Shown here: positions 27,764-39,100 of the stretch, in pieces
Numbering within the stretch: the first letter of the stretch is position 1
How the letters are laid out: the number at the start of each line of letters is the position of its first letter
NCBI GenBank assembly: GCA_037441385.1
Contig: JBBISH010000010.1
Location: 1 to 64,000 of the forward strand
DNA length: 64,000 bases
Origin: Myxococcales bacterium
GTDB lineage: Bacteria > Myxococcota_A > UBA9042
Direction of reading: 5' to 3'
Position numbers and translations under genes: made by a program
The notes under the pieces: model-generated
The model's input: only the letters and a program-made list of their open reading frames with translations
Told to the model about the DNA's origin: nothing
The model's database searches: none

Positions 27764-28740
27764 TGGCCAGTTTGACCAAGGGACAAAAAGTCCGCCTGGG
27801 GGTGTTCGTCGCCACCGGCTTGGTCGTGCTGATCGCCGCGGTGGTGGTGCTGGCCGGGCGCAAGTTCACCGAGCAGTTGGACACGTATTCGATCCGCTAC
27901 TCGAACAAAGCCGCGTCGTTCTCTGGACTTTCGGTGGGCAGCGACGTGACCTACAGCGGCATCAAGATCGGCCGAGTCGAGAGCTTGGCGGTCGCCCGCG
28001 ACGACGTCTCGGTCATCGAGGTGGGCATCTCGGTGGCGCACGGCACGCCGATCGCCGTCGACTCGACCGCCAGCCTGGGCAGCCAAGGCATCACGGGCAT
28101 GAAGTACATCGACATTTCGCGCGGTTCGCAGAAGGTCAAGCTGCGCCAGCCCGGCGAGCGCATCCCACCCGGCGAGTCGATGATCGACAACCTGAGCGCG
28201 CGCGCCCAGTCGATCGGCGAACGGTTGGATGCGCTGCTGGTGAACCTGCAGGCGATGACCGGCACCAGCCAGCAAAAGAGCCTGGACAAGGTGTTCGAGC
28301 GGGTCGACAGCGTGCTGGCCGAGACCCATGGCATCCTCTTCGACAACCGGCCGACGATCGCGGCGATTCTGCAAAATGCGCAGCAAGTGACCGAGGATAT
28401 GACCACAATCTCGCACAACCTGGCCCAGGTCTCGCGGACCGCGGTGGCGGTGACCGAGCGCGCCGATCGGGTGATGGCCAACCTGGAGACCGCGAGCCAT
28501 GAGCTCAAGCAAGCTGCCGCGCCGCAAGGTGAAGTGGCGGTGGCCGTGGGCAAAGTGGCCAAGCTGGTCGATGGCCTGAACATGGTGGTGGTGCGCAGTC
28601 AGGGCGACATCGACGTGACCTTGCGGCACCTGCGCGACGCGGCCGCCGACCTGCGCGATTTTGCCCAGGCCGTCAAAGACAACCCCACCCTGCTGATGTT
28701 CACCAGCGAACAGGGCAGCGACCGGCGGATCGGCAAATGA
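27763..28740 (+). CDS. MCE/MlaD family protein with long helical extension
   Basis: N-terminal TM, GLSVGSDVTYSGIKIGRV, QGITG, coiled coil and terminal DNPTLL. Confidence 0.92.
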   Translation: MASLTKGQKVRLGVFVATGLVVLIAAVVVLAGRKFTEQLDTYSIRYSNKAASFSGLSVGSDVTYSGIKIGRVESLAVARDDVSVIEVGISVAHGTPIAVDSTASLGSQGITGMKYIDISRGSQKVKLRQPGERIPPGESMIDNLSARAQSIGERLDALLVNLQAMTGTSQQKSLDKVFERVDSVLAETHGILFDNRPTIAAILQNAQQVTEDMTTISHNLAQVSRTAVAVTERADRVMANLETASHELKQAAAPQGEVAVAVGKVAKLVDGLNMVVVRSQGDIDVTLRHLRDAAADLRDFAQAVKDNPTLLMFTSEQGSDRRIGK

Positions 28741-31016
28741 AGAAGTCTAGCCTTTCCTTGCTGTTATGGCCTCTGGCGCTGCTCGCGCTCAGCGGCTGCT
28801 GGGGCACCACTACGGCCGAGCAGCGGTTCTACACCCTCAGCCTGCCGCAAGCTTCGGCGCCAGCGCGCGGTCGCCACAACGCCGAGGTGTGGGTCAAAGA
28901 GGTCGAGATCGCGCCGGTCTACAACCGCCCGCAGATCGTGTTCCGTTTTTCGCCGCAAGAGCTGCAGTTCTTTGGGCAGCACCGCTGGGCCGATCGGCCT
29001 TCGCGCATGGTGGGGCAGTTGCTAGAGCGATCGCTGACCACCTCGGGCGTGTTCAGCAGCGTGGTGTCGCGCCTGGGCACGGTGCCGCCGCAGTACGTGC
29101 TCGACTCCAGCGTGGAAGCCATCGAGGAGCTGGAGGGCGGCAACCTGTGGTACGCGCACCTGGCGATGACCTTCCGCCTGTCGCGCTTTGACGACAACCG
29201 CGCCGTGTGGCAGTTCAGCTTTGACGAGCGCCGCCCGCTGAATCGCCAGGATCTGGGCCTGGTTGCGCGTGCTCTGTCCGAGATCTTGGACGAGCAGCTG
29301 CGCCTGGCCCTGCAGCAGATGGAAGGCGCGTTGGACGGCAAACCGCCGCCCGAAGTGAAGCCCGACAGCAAGCCGGGGCCCGACACCAAACCGGTGCCCA
29401 GCGCGGCCAGTCCGCCCAAAGCCGCGGTGGACCAGCCAGCCGGCGCCGGGGCCAAATTCGACGGCACCAACGGCACCGACGTCAATTGGCGCACCAGCGC
29501 CCAGTACCACAGCGACACCACTACCATCCCCGCCGGCCAAGGCGCGCTGTTCTTGCCCTCGCTTAGCCTGAAGGCGGAGCGGGAACCGCTTGTGACCGTT
29601 CAGCAAAACGGCAAGGTCGTCGGTAGCGGCGGCATGGGGCGGCGCATCGTGCTGCCGCCGGGTCAGTACGACGTGTCGTTTGGCTCGGGGCCGGCGGCGC
29701 AGCACCTGACGCGGTCGGTGCAGGTGCAAGAGGGGCGCACCAGCGTGGTCGTCCCGGACTGGGCCGCGCTGGACGTCAGCGTGGTGAATGCGAAATTCAT
29801 CCCATTTCTAGGCACGTACGAGATCATTCGCATGGACGATCGCGAGTACATGGGCGTGGGCTACGGCGTGGACGAAGAGCTGGGGCAGCGCGCGCAGGTG
29901 TGGGTGCTGCGCCCGGGGCTCTACAAGATCGTGCAATCCGGCTCGACTTACCGCGCCCGCACCAACTTTGCCACCGTGCAGCTGTTGCCGGGCATGGCCG
30001 TGCCGTACTTGCTGGTCCAAGACGAAACCAGCCGCGACTTTCTGGGCGCCGGCGTGGCCGAGCCCGATGCCGCTCGCTGGACGGACAGCCGCCCCGACCA
30101 GGATGGCGCCTGGCGTTTTCGCACGTCGCTGGGCGGAAGCGTCTTGCTGGGCAATCGGACCGAGGGCTACTCCAGCGCACCGGTGGGCAGCAGCCTGGGC
30201 ATCGACGTGTTCTTGGACAACCGCCTGACCTACACCTCGGATCCCCACGTGTGGACGACTCGGCTCGAGATCGAAGAAGGCCAGTCGTTGCAGCCAACCA
30301 TTGGCGCGGACAACAAACCGGGCAATCTGCTGGACGGGCGCCTGCAGTCGGTCAAGGACCGGGTGTACTTCAATTCGATCTATATCTATCAGTTCTTGCC
30401 TTGGGTTGGCCCGTATCTGCGGGTCGGCGGCGAGACCACCTTGGTGGATCAACAGACCTACTTCGAGAAGCCGACGCAAGTGGTGGTGCAGAACACCAGT
30501 GGCGCCACCATCGCGAGCCACAGCGGCGTGGACGGCAAGGGCGAGACCAGTTTTGTCTTGAGCGGTCCGCTGACTCCCGTGCAGCTCAAGCAGGGCGCGG
30601 GCGTGAATTTCCGCGTGCTGCACAATACGGCGGTGGACCTGGACCTGCGGGCGGGCTTGGGTTCGCGGCAGTACCTGGCCCGCAGCCAGTTGGTGGCCAA
30701 AGACGACCCGAACACGCCGAGTTTCGAGGTGCGCGAGGTGGCCAGCACGGTGCTCACCGGCTTCGAGGCGTCGGCCCTGGGGCAAATGCGGCTGACGCGC
30801 TACCTGCAGGGTTCGACCGAGCTGGACGCGCTGTTGCCATTTGACGGGGTGGCGACCACACAGCTCAACTGGCGCAGCGCCCTCAGTCTTCGCTTGGGCA
30901 GCTATGCGTCGCTGACCTACACCTTGAACGTGGTGCGCCAGCCCAACGTGCGCCCGGACGTGCCGTGGGCGGTCGAGCAGGGCCTGCAGCTGCGCTTCCA
31001 CTACGCGCCCATGTAG
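28737..31016 (+). CDS. PqiC-like auxiliary lipoprotein fused to beta-sandwich domains and a DUF3078-like barrel
   Basis: LSGC lipobox; YTL, YNRPQIV and HRWADRP motifs (PqiC-like); Pro-rich linker; LPPGQYDV and LRPGLYKI; C-terminal amphipathic strands ending LQLRFHY. Confidence 0.8.
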   Translation: MKKSSLSLLLWPLALLALSGCWGTTTAEQRFYTLSLPQASAPARGRHNAEVWVKEVEIAPVYNRPQIVFRFSPQELQFFGQHRWADRPSRMVGQLLERSLTTSGVFSSVVSRLGTVPPQYVLDSSVEAIEELEGGNLWYAHLAMTFRLSRFDDNRAVWQFSFDERRPLNRQDLGLVARALSEILDEQLRLALQQMEGALDGKPPPEVKPDSKPGPDTKPVPSAASPPKAAVDQPAGAGAKFDGTNGTDVNWRTSAQYHSDTTTIPAGQGALFLPSLSLKAEREPLVTVQQNGKVVGSGGMGRRIVLPPGQYDVSFGSGPAAQHLTRSVQVQEGRTSVVVPDWAALDVSVVNAKFIPFLGTYEIIRMDDREYMGVGYGVDEELGQRAQVWVLRPGLYKIVQSGSTYRARTNFATVQLLPGMAVPYLLVQDETSRDFLGAGVAEPDAARWTDSRPDQDGAWRFRTSLGGSVLLGNRTEGYSSAPVGSSLGIDVFLDNRLTYTSDPHVWTTRLEIEEGQSLQPTIGADNKPGNLLDGRLQSVKDRVYFNSIYIYQFLPWVGPYLRVGGETTLVDQQTYFEKPTQVVVQNTSGATIASHSGVDGKGETSFVLSGPLTPVQLKQGAGVNFRVLHNTAVDLDLRAGLGSRQYLARSQLVAKDDPNTPSFEVREVASTVLTGFEASALGQMRLTRYLQGSTELDALLPFDGVATTQLNWRSALSLRLGSYASLTYTLNVVRQPNVRPDVPWAVEQGLQLRFHYAPM

Positions 31017-31082
31017 GAGGCGTCGCGCCCGCGTCGGTTGCCACGCCAGGCAAATCGGGGCAAGCTGCCGGACGAGGATGCC

Positions 31083-33176
31083 ATGCAGCAAGACCCCGAA
31101 CGCCGGGACGCCAGCGCGGTGGACGAGCCAGCTCCGCTTGTGGGCAGCGCTTTGGGGCCGTTCGCGCGGTTCCTGGTGCGACAGCCGCTCGGCGTCAAGT
31201 TTGCCTTGGCTTTTGGCTCGTTGGTGGCTCTGGTCGCCCTGACCGGTGTGGTGGCAGCGCGCGGATTGGTGGGGGTGCGGCAGAGCATCGACCGCGCCGA
31301 GCACTTGGCCGGCGCCTGGCTCAAGCCCGCCCGCGATGCGCGCCTCAGTCATTTGCAGGCCTTGCAGGCCCAGCGCGAGTTCCTGCTGTTGGCGCCCCAG
31401 TGGGGGGCTGACCTTGCGGGAGCGCGGCTGCTGGACGGCCAGCGCCTGCAAGTGGCGCAACCGCGCCCCGAAGACCATTGGGCCTCGACCACGGGCGCCA
31501 CCCATGCCGACCTCGTCCAAGACGCCGCCGAGGCGGCCGCGCGGGCCTGCGAGGCGGTGACGCCGTTGGACTTGGCCGAGTACGGGTTGGCCGGCGACGC
31601 GGCCGCGAAGGCGGACCTGCAGCGCTGGCAAAATCGCTGTCAGGCCGGCCTAGTACGCGAGTTGGCTCAGCTCACGGTCTTGGCCAATACGGCGGCGCGG
31701 GCCCTGGATGCCGCCGGCTTGGAGGGCAGCGACACGGCCGGTCAGCCGGTTCGGCGCGGTACGTGGGGGCGTTTGGTGCAGGATCTTGGCGAGTTGGACG
31801 TGTACCTGGCCGCCGATGCCACGGGCGCCGCCGCGGCGGGTCCGGGGTCGGTGGCGCTCGCCGGCCTGCGCATGGCGGTCTACGACTTTGCCCACCAGCG
31901 CGGGCGAAGCTGGCCGGTCGCCATGCCCGAGGCCCCGACCCAAACCGGTGAGGCGGGTTGCGCCGTACAACCTATCGAAACATCAACTGGTTTGCAGCAA
32001 TCCACGCAGCGCCTGCGGGCCTCGCTCGCGACGCTGGAAGGGCAGGTACGCGGCAGCGGCGTCGCTCGCGAGCGGGCCGTGGCGACGTTCCGGGTCCACT
32101 TGGGTGAGCTGCTGGACCGCGACGACAAGGCGCGCGCGGCGGTGGCGAACTGGGTGTGCCAGGCGGCGCAACTCCGCGACGACTTGGATCAACTTCACGA
32201 CGCGGCGCGCGGACCGGTCGAGCGGGTGCGCGCGCAGGCGGCGGCTCAGCCAGGTGAGACCTTTGGCTACGTCAGCTTCTTTACGCTGCTGATCATCTTG
32301 GTGGGCGCGGCCTTGGCCTACGCCTTGGCCACCAACCTGCGCCGGCCGATCCGCTCGCTGGTGCAGGCCGCCGAGCAGGTGGCCAAAGGGGATCTCAAGG
32401 CGCAGGCGCTTACCTTTGGCGACGACGAAATTGGTCGCCTGGCCCAGACCTTCAACCGCATGACGGCCCAGCTGGACGTGCAGACCCGCGAGCTGAAGCG
32501 GCACATGCGCGAGGTCGAGCAGGAGCGGCAGCGTTCCGAGCACTTGCTGCTCAACATCTTGCCGGCGCCGATCGCCGAACGGCTCAAGCTCAACGAGCGG
32601 CCCATCGCCGACGCTTTTGACGAGGCCACCGTCGTCTTTGCCGATGTGGTGGGCTACACGACCTTGGCTGCGCGGCTAGAGCCCCAGCAAGTGGTCAACT
32701 TCTTGGGCAAGATCTTCTCGCGCTTTGACGAGCTGGCGGCCGAGCACGGCGTGGAGAAGATCAAGACCATCGGCGACGCCTACATGGTGGCCAGCGGTCT
32801 GCCGCAGCGGACGCCGGATCACTGCCAGCGCGCCGCGCGGATGGCGCTCGGCATGCTGCAGGTCCTAGAAGAGCTGAACCCGCAATTCCCGCAGCCGCTG
32901 CAGCTGCGGATCGGCCTGCACACCGGTCCGGTGGTGGCCGGCGTGATCGGCGAGCGGAAATTCCTGTACGACCTGTGGGGCGACGCCGTGAACATTGCGA
33001 GTCGCATGGAGAGCCATGGCGAGCCAGGCGCCATCCAGGTCACCTCGTCCAGCCAGACTCTGCTGCAGCACGAGTTTGTCTTGGAGCCGCGCGGCGAAAT
33101 TACCGTGAAGGGGCGCGGCGTCATGCAGACTTGGTGGCTGCGCGCTGAGCGGCTTCGGCCGGCGGCGGCCGACTAG
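31083..33176 (+). CDS. Membrane class III adenylate cyclase with HAMP domain
   Basis: Two TM segments, HAMP (DEIGRLAQTFNRM), FADVVGYT, KIKTIGDAYM and YDLWGDAVNIASRMES. Confidence 0.92.
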   Translation: MQQDPERRDASAVDEPAPLVGSALGPFARFLVRQPLGVKFALAFGSLVALVALTGVVAARGLVGVRQSIDRAEHLAGAWLKPARDARLSHLQALQAQREFLLLAPQWGADLAGARLLDGQRLQVAQPRPEDHWASTTGATHADLVQDAAEAAARACEAVTPLDLAEYGLAGDAAAKADLQRWQNRCQAGLVRELAQLTVLANTAARALDAAGLEGSDTAGQPVRRGTWGRLVQDLGELDVYLAADATGAAAAGPGSVALAGLRMAVYDFAHQRGRSWPVAMPEAPTQTGEAGCAVQPIETSTGLQQSTQRLRASLATLEGQVRGSGVARERAVATFRVHLGELLDRDDKARAAVANWVCQAAQLRDDLDQLHDAARGPVERVRAQAAAQPGETFGYVSFFTLLIILVGAALAYALATNLRRPIRSLVQAAEQVAKGDLKAQALTFGDDEIGRLAQTFNRMTAQLDVQTRELKRHMREVEQERQRSEHLLLNILPAPIAERLKLNERPIADAFDEATVVFADVVGYTTLAARLEPQQVVNFLGKIFSRFDELAAEHGVEKIKTIGDAYMVASGLPQRTPDHCQRAARMALGMLQVLEELNPQFPQPLQLRIGLHTGPVVAGVIGERKFLYDLWGDAVNIASRMESHGEPGAIQVTSSSQTLLQHEFVLEPRGEITVKGRGVMQTWWLRAERLRPAAAD

Positions 33177-34924
33177 TCTTTGGGCCACGGCTCGGGTGGT
33201 TTGCTCACCGGCGTCTGCTGCGCCGCCTTCTGCAAGTTGGCGATGAACATGGCCACGTACTTCATGTCGTCGGCGATGTCGGGATCTGGCTTGGCCTGAC
33301 CACTTAGCCACTTGGTCACGGCAGGTTGCAGCGCCAACAGCACGCCCTGGGCGGCTCCGGGGTCGTTGTCCAGCGCCAGCGCGCAGGCCATCTGGAAGGC
33401 GGCCAGCACGTTGAGCATCACAAAGCCCTTTTCGACCGTGGGATGGGTGAAAAGGCCGCCGTCGGGGATCTGGGCGCCGGGGTAGAGTGCGCCGACCACG
33501 GCCACCGTTTGGGTCGCCACGGCGCCCGTCTTGGGGTGCTTCCACGTCAGCGTCAGTTCGGTGACGCCTTTGTCCTGCACGCCCGGCAGCGGCACCAGCT
33601 CGATGAGGATGGCCCCGCCGCCGCCGCGCCGACCCTCGCCGGTGCCGGGCAAGGGTTCGCCGGCCGAGAGGCGCCCCGCCAGGAACAACGTGGGGATGCT
33701 GATGACCCCGCCGTCGCTGCCGCCTTGCCAGCCGTGGGTGCCGTACACCGATTTGAGGACATAGCCGCCGCCCACCTTGACCGCAATGTGCACGTCCAGC
33801 GCCACCGGCACCAAGAAGGTCTTGACCTCTTCGGTAAAGACCTCTTTGACTCCCGCAGGCTTGTCCAAGAAGTAGAACTGACCCGCGCCGACTTCGGCCA
33901 AGTCCGCCAGCACAGCCGCCGCCGCGTTGCCGCCCACGCCGATGGTGGTCAGGCCGATGCCCAGCTTGGCGTAGCTGGCGGCCATGCTGATCAGCTTGGC
34001 CGGCGCCTGCAGCCCCGTCGTCGAAGCGCCGTCCGAGAGCAACACCACCCGCGCCTCTCGCCCCGGCTGGTGCAGGCCGCTCGCCAGCTGGAATGCCTGA
34101 AAAAGCCCTGAAAACAGGTCTGTTTGTCCGCCGGCTTTCAGTTGCAGGATCGCCTTTTCCACCTGCGCCTTCTCGGCCAGGGGCACCCCCGCCGCCAGCA
34201 CGACCGCGGCGTCGGCAAAGCCCACCAGCGACACGGTATCGCCGGGTTGCAGCTGGTCCAGCATCTGCTGCAGCCCCTGCTGAACCTGGGCAATCGGCTC
34301 GCCTTGCATCGAGTTCGACGTGTCGATGGCCAGCACCAAGTCCAGCGGCGGCCGCAGCTGCTCTTCGATCTTGATCGGCGTGTTCAGGCCAATTTGCACC
34401 AGGGTACAGGTGCTTCCCGTGATCATGTTGCCCATCACCCCCAGCAGCGCGTGCATGCACATGTCCTGGCCGCAGAGCGGATCGGGGTAGTCCAGCTTGT
34501 GCTCGGCAAAGAAACCCAGGTCGTCCAGCGCCGCGGGTTTGGGGATGCCGCCGGCCTCCAAGATGGCGCGGAACAGGCCAAAATCCTGTGCGCCCGCCTG
34601 ACTCAGGCCGGTGTTGCCGATGCTGTCGGGCGGCACGGCCGCGCCGTCTTCGCCCACCAGCATGTCCTTGCCGGTGCTGCTGTCGGCCGCGCTGGCGTCG
34701 GCTGTGCTGGTATCGCTGCCGCCGGTGAACACCAGACCCGTGTCTGCCATCCCGCTGCTGTCGCCGCTGGCCGTGTCGCTGGTGCTGGTGGCGCCCCCAG
34801 CATTGGACGAGCCGGAGCCGAACGGGGTGGGCACTGGATTGACCACGCAGGCCTGCGCGCCCAGCGCCAGCAGCACCCACAGCCAGCCCATGCTCCACAA
34901 CTGGCGAACTGTGCTCCCTTTCAT
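33173..34924 (-). CDS. vWA-domain lipoprotein
   Basis: AQAC lipobox; MIDAS motif DTSNS; LLSDG. Confidence 0.9.
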   Translation of the reverse strand: MKGSTVRQLWSMGWLWVLLALGAQACVVNPVPTPFGSGSSNAGGATSTSDTASGDSSGMADTGLVFTGGSDTSTADASAADSSTGKDMLVGEDGAAVPPDSIGNTGLSQAGAQDFGLFRAILEAGGIPKPAALDDLGFFAEHKLDYPDPLCGQDMCMHALLGVMGNMITGSTCTLVQIGLNTPIKIEEQLRPPLDLVLAIDTSNSMQGEPIAQVQQGLQQMLDQLQPGDTVSLVGFADAAVVLAAGVPLAEKAQVEKAILQLKAGGQTDLFSGLFQAFQLASGLHQPGREARVVLLSDGASTTGLQAPAKLISMAASYAKLGIGLTTIGVGGNAAAAVLADLAEVGAGQFYFLDKPAGVKEVFTEEVKTFLVPVALDVHIAVKVGGGYVLKSVYGTHGWQGGSDGGVISIPTLFLAGRLSAGEPLPGTGEGRRGGGGAILIELVPLPGVQDKGVTELTLTWKHPKTGAVATQTVAVVGALYPGAQIPDGGLFTHPTVEKGFVMLNVLAAFQMACALALDNDPGAAQGVLLALQPAVTKWLSGQAKPDPDIADDMKYVAMFIANLQKAAQQTPVSKPPEPWPKD

Positions 34925-36135
34925 GGCTCCCCTCCCTCGCTGTAGACGGACTCGACCCAGCGGCCCATCCCCGGTGCCCCTGCGCAGGCAGCATTGCGCA
35001 CGGGTACGTCAAAGGCGCGCACGATTCTCAACTTTCCTAGTCCCGCAGCCGCGCCCTGGCCGGCTACCAGGCTGACGGTGGCGCCCTCGCCGCTCACTTG
35101 CACGGCCAGCGGTTCCAGCGCGCTGCCGCAGCTGTCGTGGCCCACCCCGCAGGCGGGTTGCGGCGCGATCTTGGCGGTCGCCTTGCCAAAATAGACCACG
35201 TCTTGGCCGCGTCCCGCCCGCAGTCGCTTGCCAGAACTGCCAAGTAAATCCACACCTTGAATCGGACCCAGGTTGTGGCCGCCTTGCAGCGGGCTGGCAA
35301 AGAAGTCGTCGCCAGGCACAAACGGCATCGCCCCAGGCGGCAGGCACACCGTCCAGTTGTGGATGCCGGTCTTGCCCAGCCACTGCAGCACGTGGCAGCC
35401 ATTGGGAGCCGTGGCCAGGTCGAGCACGGTGCCGTCGCCGCTCGGCAGCGGCTCGGTCCACTCCAGCGCGTCGCCCGCTTGGCCAAAAGCACAGCCCGGC
35501 GGGGTGGCGGCCGGCTGGAGCGGCGGGGCCGCATACACCGCGGGGTGATTAGACAAGTGTGGGCCATCGCTAAGGATTTGCACCTGGACCAGGCGATTCG
35601 GCAGCCCACCCGCCACCGTCGAGGGCATGGACAGCCCAGGGTAGTCGGCGGTTTTCCAGAACAGCAGGGCCATCGGCAGCGCCCCGCCGTCGACCAGCAG
35701 CGCCCCGCAGGCATCTTTGCCCTTGTCGAGCGAGGTCACGGCAAACGCCCGCCCCGACTGCACTTGCCATATCTGCGCCGGGGCAAACAAGTTGCGCGAC
35801 AGCCACTGAGTTGGCGCGCTGGCCACCGCCGTGCAATCGAGCTGCACCGTTGCGAGCAGGGGTCGCACCCGCAGCACCAGCGTGCTCGGCGTGGCGTTGC
35901 CGATGGCCAGCGCGCCAAAAACAGGCGGGAATTGATTAGGGTTGCGCTGCACGGGCGGCACGTCGGGTTGCCACGGGTTGCCGCTGTCGTGCGGTGCCCC
36001 GTTGGCATCCTTCACGCCGTCCAGCACGGCATCCGGCGTGTCCCCGCCGTCGGGCGCGTCGGGCCATTGGGGCGTGTAGCGCCATTCGCAGCCACAAAGG
36101 GCCAGCGCGGCCAGAACAACCCATCGTTTCTGCAT
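34921..36135 (-). CDS. Hypothetical lipoprotein
   Basis: ALCGC lipobox; AGGAGG RBS; stop overlaps the next start. Confidence 0.85.
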   Translation of the reverse strand: MQKRWVVLAALALCGCEWRYTPQWPDAPDGGDTPDAVLDGVKDANGAPHDSGNPWQPDVPPVQRNPNQFPPVFGALAIGNATPSTLVLRVRPLLATVQLDCTAVASAPTQWLSRNLFAPAQIWQVQSGRAFAVTSLDKGKDACGALLVDGGALPMALLFWKTADYPGLSMPSTVAGGLPNRLVQVQILSDGPHLSNHPAVYAAPPLQPAATPPGCAFGQAGDALEWTEPLPSGDGTVLDLATAPNGCHVLQWLGKTGIHNWTVCLPPGAMPFVPGDDFFASPLQGGHNLGPIQGVDLLGSSGKRLRAGRGQDVVYFGKATAKIAPQPACGVGHDSCGSALEPLAVQVSGEGATVSLVAGQGAAAGLGKLRIVRAFDVPVRNAACAGAPGMGRWVESVYSEGGEP

Positions 36136-36145
36136 CTTGCCCCTC

Positions 36146-39100
36146 CTACTTGAACCACACTTCGCCCAGCGTGACCACCTGCTTCTTGGTCTTGAGCACC
36201 GCGGTGACGCCTTGGGTCGTCTGGTCTGGCTGACCCAGGTGGGTTTGGATGGTGGCGTTGATGAAGATCAGCGGGTTCTGCTGCACGCTGGTGCTGTCGT
36301 AATAGCTCGCCTGGATCAAGTACTTGCCGGGGATGACCTGCTTGGCCTCGAACCGCTCGGGACCATAGCCGCCGGTCAAATCATCCAGCAACTGGCCGCC
36401 GGACTTCAGGATCTTGTGGCTGTAGTAGCACTTCTCGCCCAGCGGATCGGTGACCCACAGGTCGATGTCGGTGGCGTCGACGTTCCAGGTCAGGGTGACC
36501 CGCAGTTGGCCGGTGGGGGCCAGCAGGTACAGCTCGGACATGCGCTGGGTCAAGAAGTTGCTGATGGCGGGCTTGGCGCCGCTGGCCAAGACGCTGGCGG
36601 CAAACAGGGCGTATTCTTCGCCGATCACCGTCTTCAAGCTCTTGAACTTGTTGTCCCAGGTCCCGGCCAGCGCCGCTTCGTAGAGCATGGCCGTGACCAC
36701 GGGTCGGCTGAGCCCAATAGCCCCGGCCAGGTCGCGGTACGACTGCGGCTCGAACGGCCGCTTTTCCAGCACGTTCAGCAGGATGCCCGCGGCCAGCGGT
36801 CCCTCGTCCCACGCCTTGAGCTGGTAGCCGATGAGGCGCGCATACTCGGGGTCGCCGCTGAGGTTTTCCACCGGGGTCGACAGGGCGCGAATCGCGGCGC
36901 CGGTCTTGCCGGCCGTGCGCCGGGCGTCGGCTTCTTGGAACCACGGCAGCGGATCGAACGCGTCGACTTGGGCTTGCTTGGTCAGCGCTAGATAGCTGGC
37001 CGGCACCTCGCCCGCTTTGACCAGCGGGATCGGCGTAGTCGAGTCGGGCAGTTGCAGCTCGCCCTGCGGCGCCAGCGCCTGCAACTGGGCGTAGAACTGG
37101 CCGCCATTCAGCTCCGCCAGCTTCGACGTCGACTTGTAGTTCTGCAGCACGGCATCCAGGCGGTTCCAGGTGGTCCAGGCCTGGGCCGCCACCTTGTCCG
37201 CTAGACCCAGCAGCGCCGACAAGTCCGCATCTGCCAAAGCCTTGCTCTCGTCCACGATGTTGTACTTGGCGTACGCGGCCTCGCTCTCGAGCACCAGGAA
37301 GCTGGCCGCCGCGCTGGCCACGCGGAAGTGCTGCGACAGGGCCAGGGTCAGCTTTTCCAGTTTGGGGTCGTGGGCATCCGCCAGCAGCGCCACCGCGATC
37401 TCGGCCCACGCGCGCGGCGCCAACTGGCCCTTGGGCTGCAGATCCACTGCAAACTCCAAGGTCTTGGCGCCCAGGCCCGGCACGGTGCCGCTCACAATCA
37501 CCTTGGCCGGTCCAAACTTGGTCACTCGCGCCGCCAACTGCAGCGAGCCACCGCTGAACAAGGTCGCCTGGCGGCCCGCCACCACCAAGTCCGCCAATTG
37601 CGCCCCCAGGGCACCGTCGCCGACCACCTGCACCGAGTCGATGTGCAGCCCGGCGCCGTGGTGGGCCGTGGCGCAGGCCAGCACCGGATCGCCGCCCTCG
37701 CAGTTGAAAACGGCGCCCGATGACTGGACAAGTGCTTGATAAAGCGCACTGTTCTCAGAGCCGACGCCAATGCGGTAGCTGAAGAACCGCGCCTGCCACG
37801 GGGTCTCGCTTTGGTAGCGACCCAGCAGCGACGACAGGCCCACGTCGCCCCAATTCAGCGACCCGTCCGACAGCACGAACACGTCCAAGGTCTTATCGGC
37901 CGGCAGCGGCATCGGCGGCTTGGTGAGCGCGCGCAGGGCCGCGCCAAAATCCGTAGCCCCTTCCAGCACTAGGCCATCCAAGGCGTTCTTGGCCGCCTGC
38001 CGCCCCTCGGGCGTATTGGGCAGCCAGGCCGCGCCCAGCCAGCGCGCCCCCACGTCAAAGGTGATGATCTGGAACTCCGTGATCTTGGGCGATTGCGCCA
38101 GCACACCCTCCAGCAACTTCATGCTCGACGCAAAGCGCTGGTGCTCGGACCGCGACGTATCGAGCAGGAACACCGCGCGCGGACTGTAGTTGTCGCCCGA
38201 GGTCAGCTCGTCGAGGATCGGTTGCAGGCGGATGTGGCTGTAGCCATGGCCGGTGGTGGGATCGGTGCCGGTGAGCACATCGACCTCGGTGGCGGCCGTG
38301 GCCAGGTCCCAGGCCAGCACCCCGCCTGCCAGCGGTCCGTCCAGGGCCACCTTGGCTACGCTGGCGGTCTTGCTGTCCTTGTTGACCACGCTGTCCAGAT
38401 TGCCCACCCAAGTCACGGCGCCGTTGGCGTCTTTCTTGGTCACGGAGGTGAACTCGAAGTGCTTGACTTGTCCGGACTTACTCGCCAGGTCCGTCTTGGG
38501 CACCGCGTAGGTGTAGCGGAGCTTGCCCTTGACCCGCGGCAGCGTCTGTTCGTAGGCGATGAGCACGCGGTTGTAGCCGTTGGCGGCAATGGGATAGACC
38601 TTGGCCTCAAAGGTGTTGGCGCCCACCACCTCGCCCAGCGCCGGATCGATTTTCTTGGCGATCTCGCCCTCGTAGGCCTGGGTCGCCTGCACCTGTCCGG
38701 CGATCTTCGCTTCGTGCAGCGTGCCCCACTGGCTCTGGTCGGCAAAGTTGGCGGTGTCCTCGGCCGACGTGGTCGCGACACTTTCGTCGTCCTTGCCCAG
38801 CAGCGGATCGCCTGGGCCAAAGAACTGGGGCGTCACCTTGGGTTGCCCAGCAAACATCGCGTAGTACGACACGCTGCTGTCGGGCGGCAGGTTGTAGCGG
38901 AACGTCCCTTGGACCGTCTGGCTGGTCGGGTTGCGGTAGATGTGATCGACCAACGTGCGGGCGCGCAGGCCCTCGATCTGCACCGTCACCCGCACATCCA
39001 CCAGCTCCAGCTTGCCTTGGCCGCCGATCGACACCTGGGCGAAGCTCGCGGCTTCCACAAGCTGGTTCCACACTTGCGCAGTCTGTTCGGCTTCACTGGG

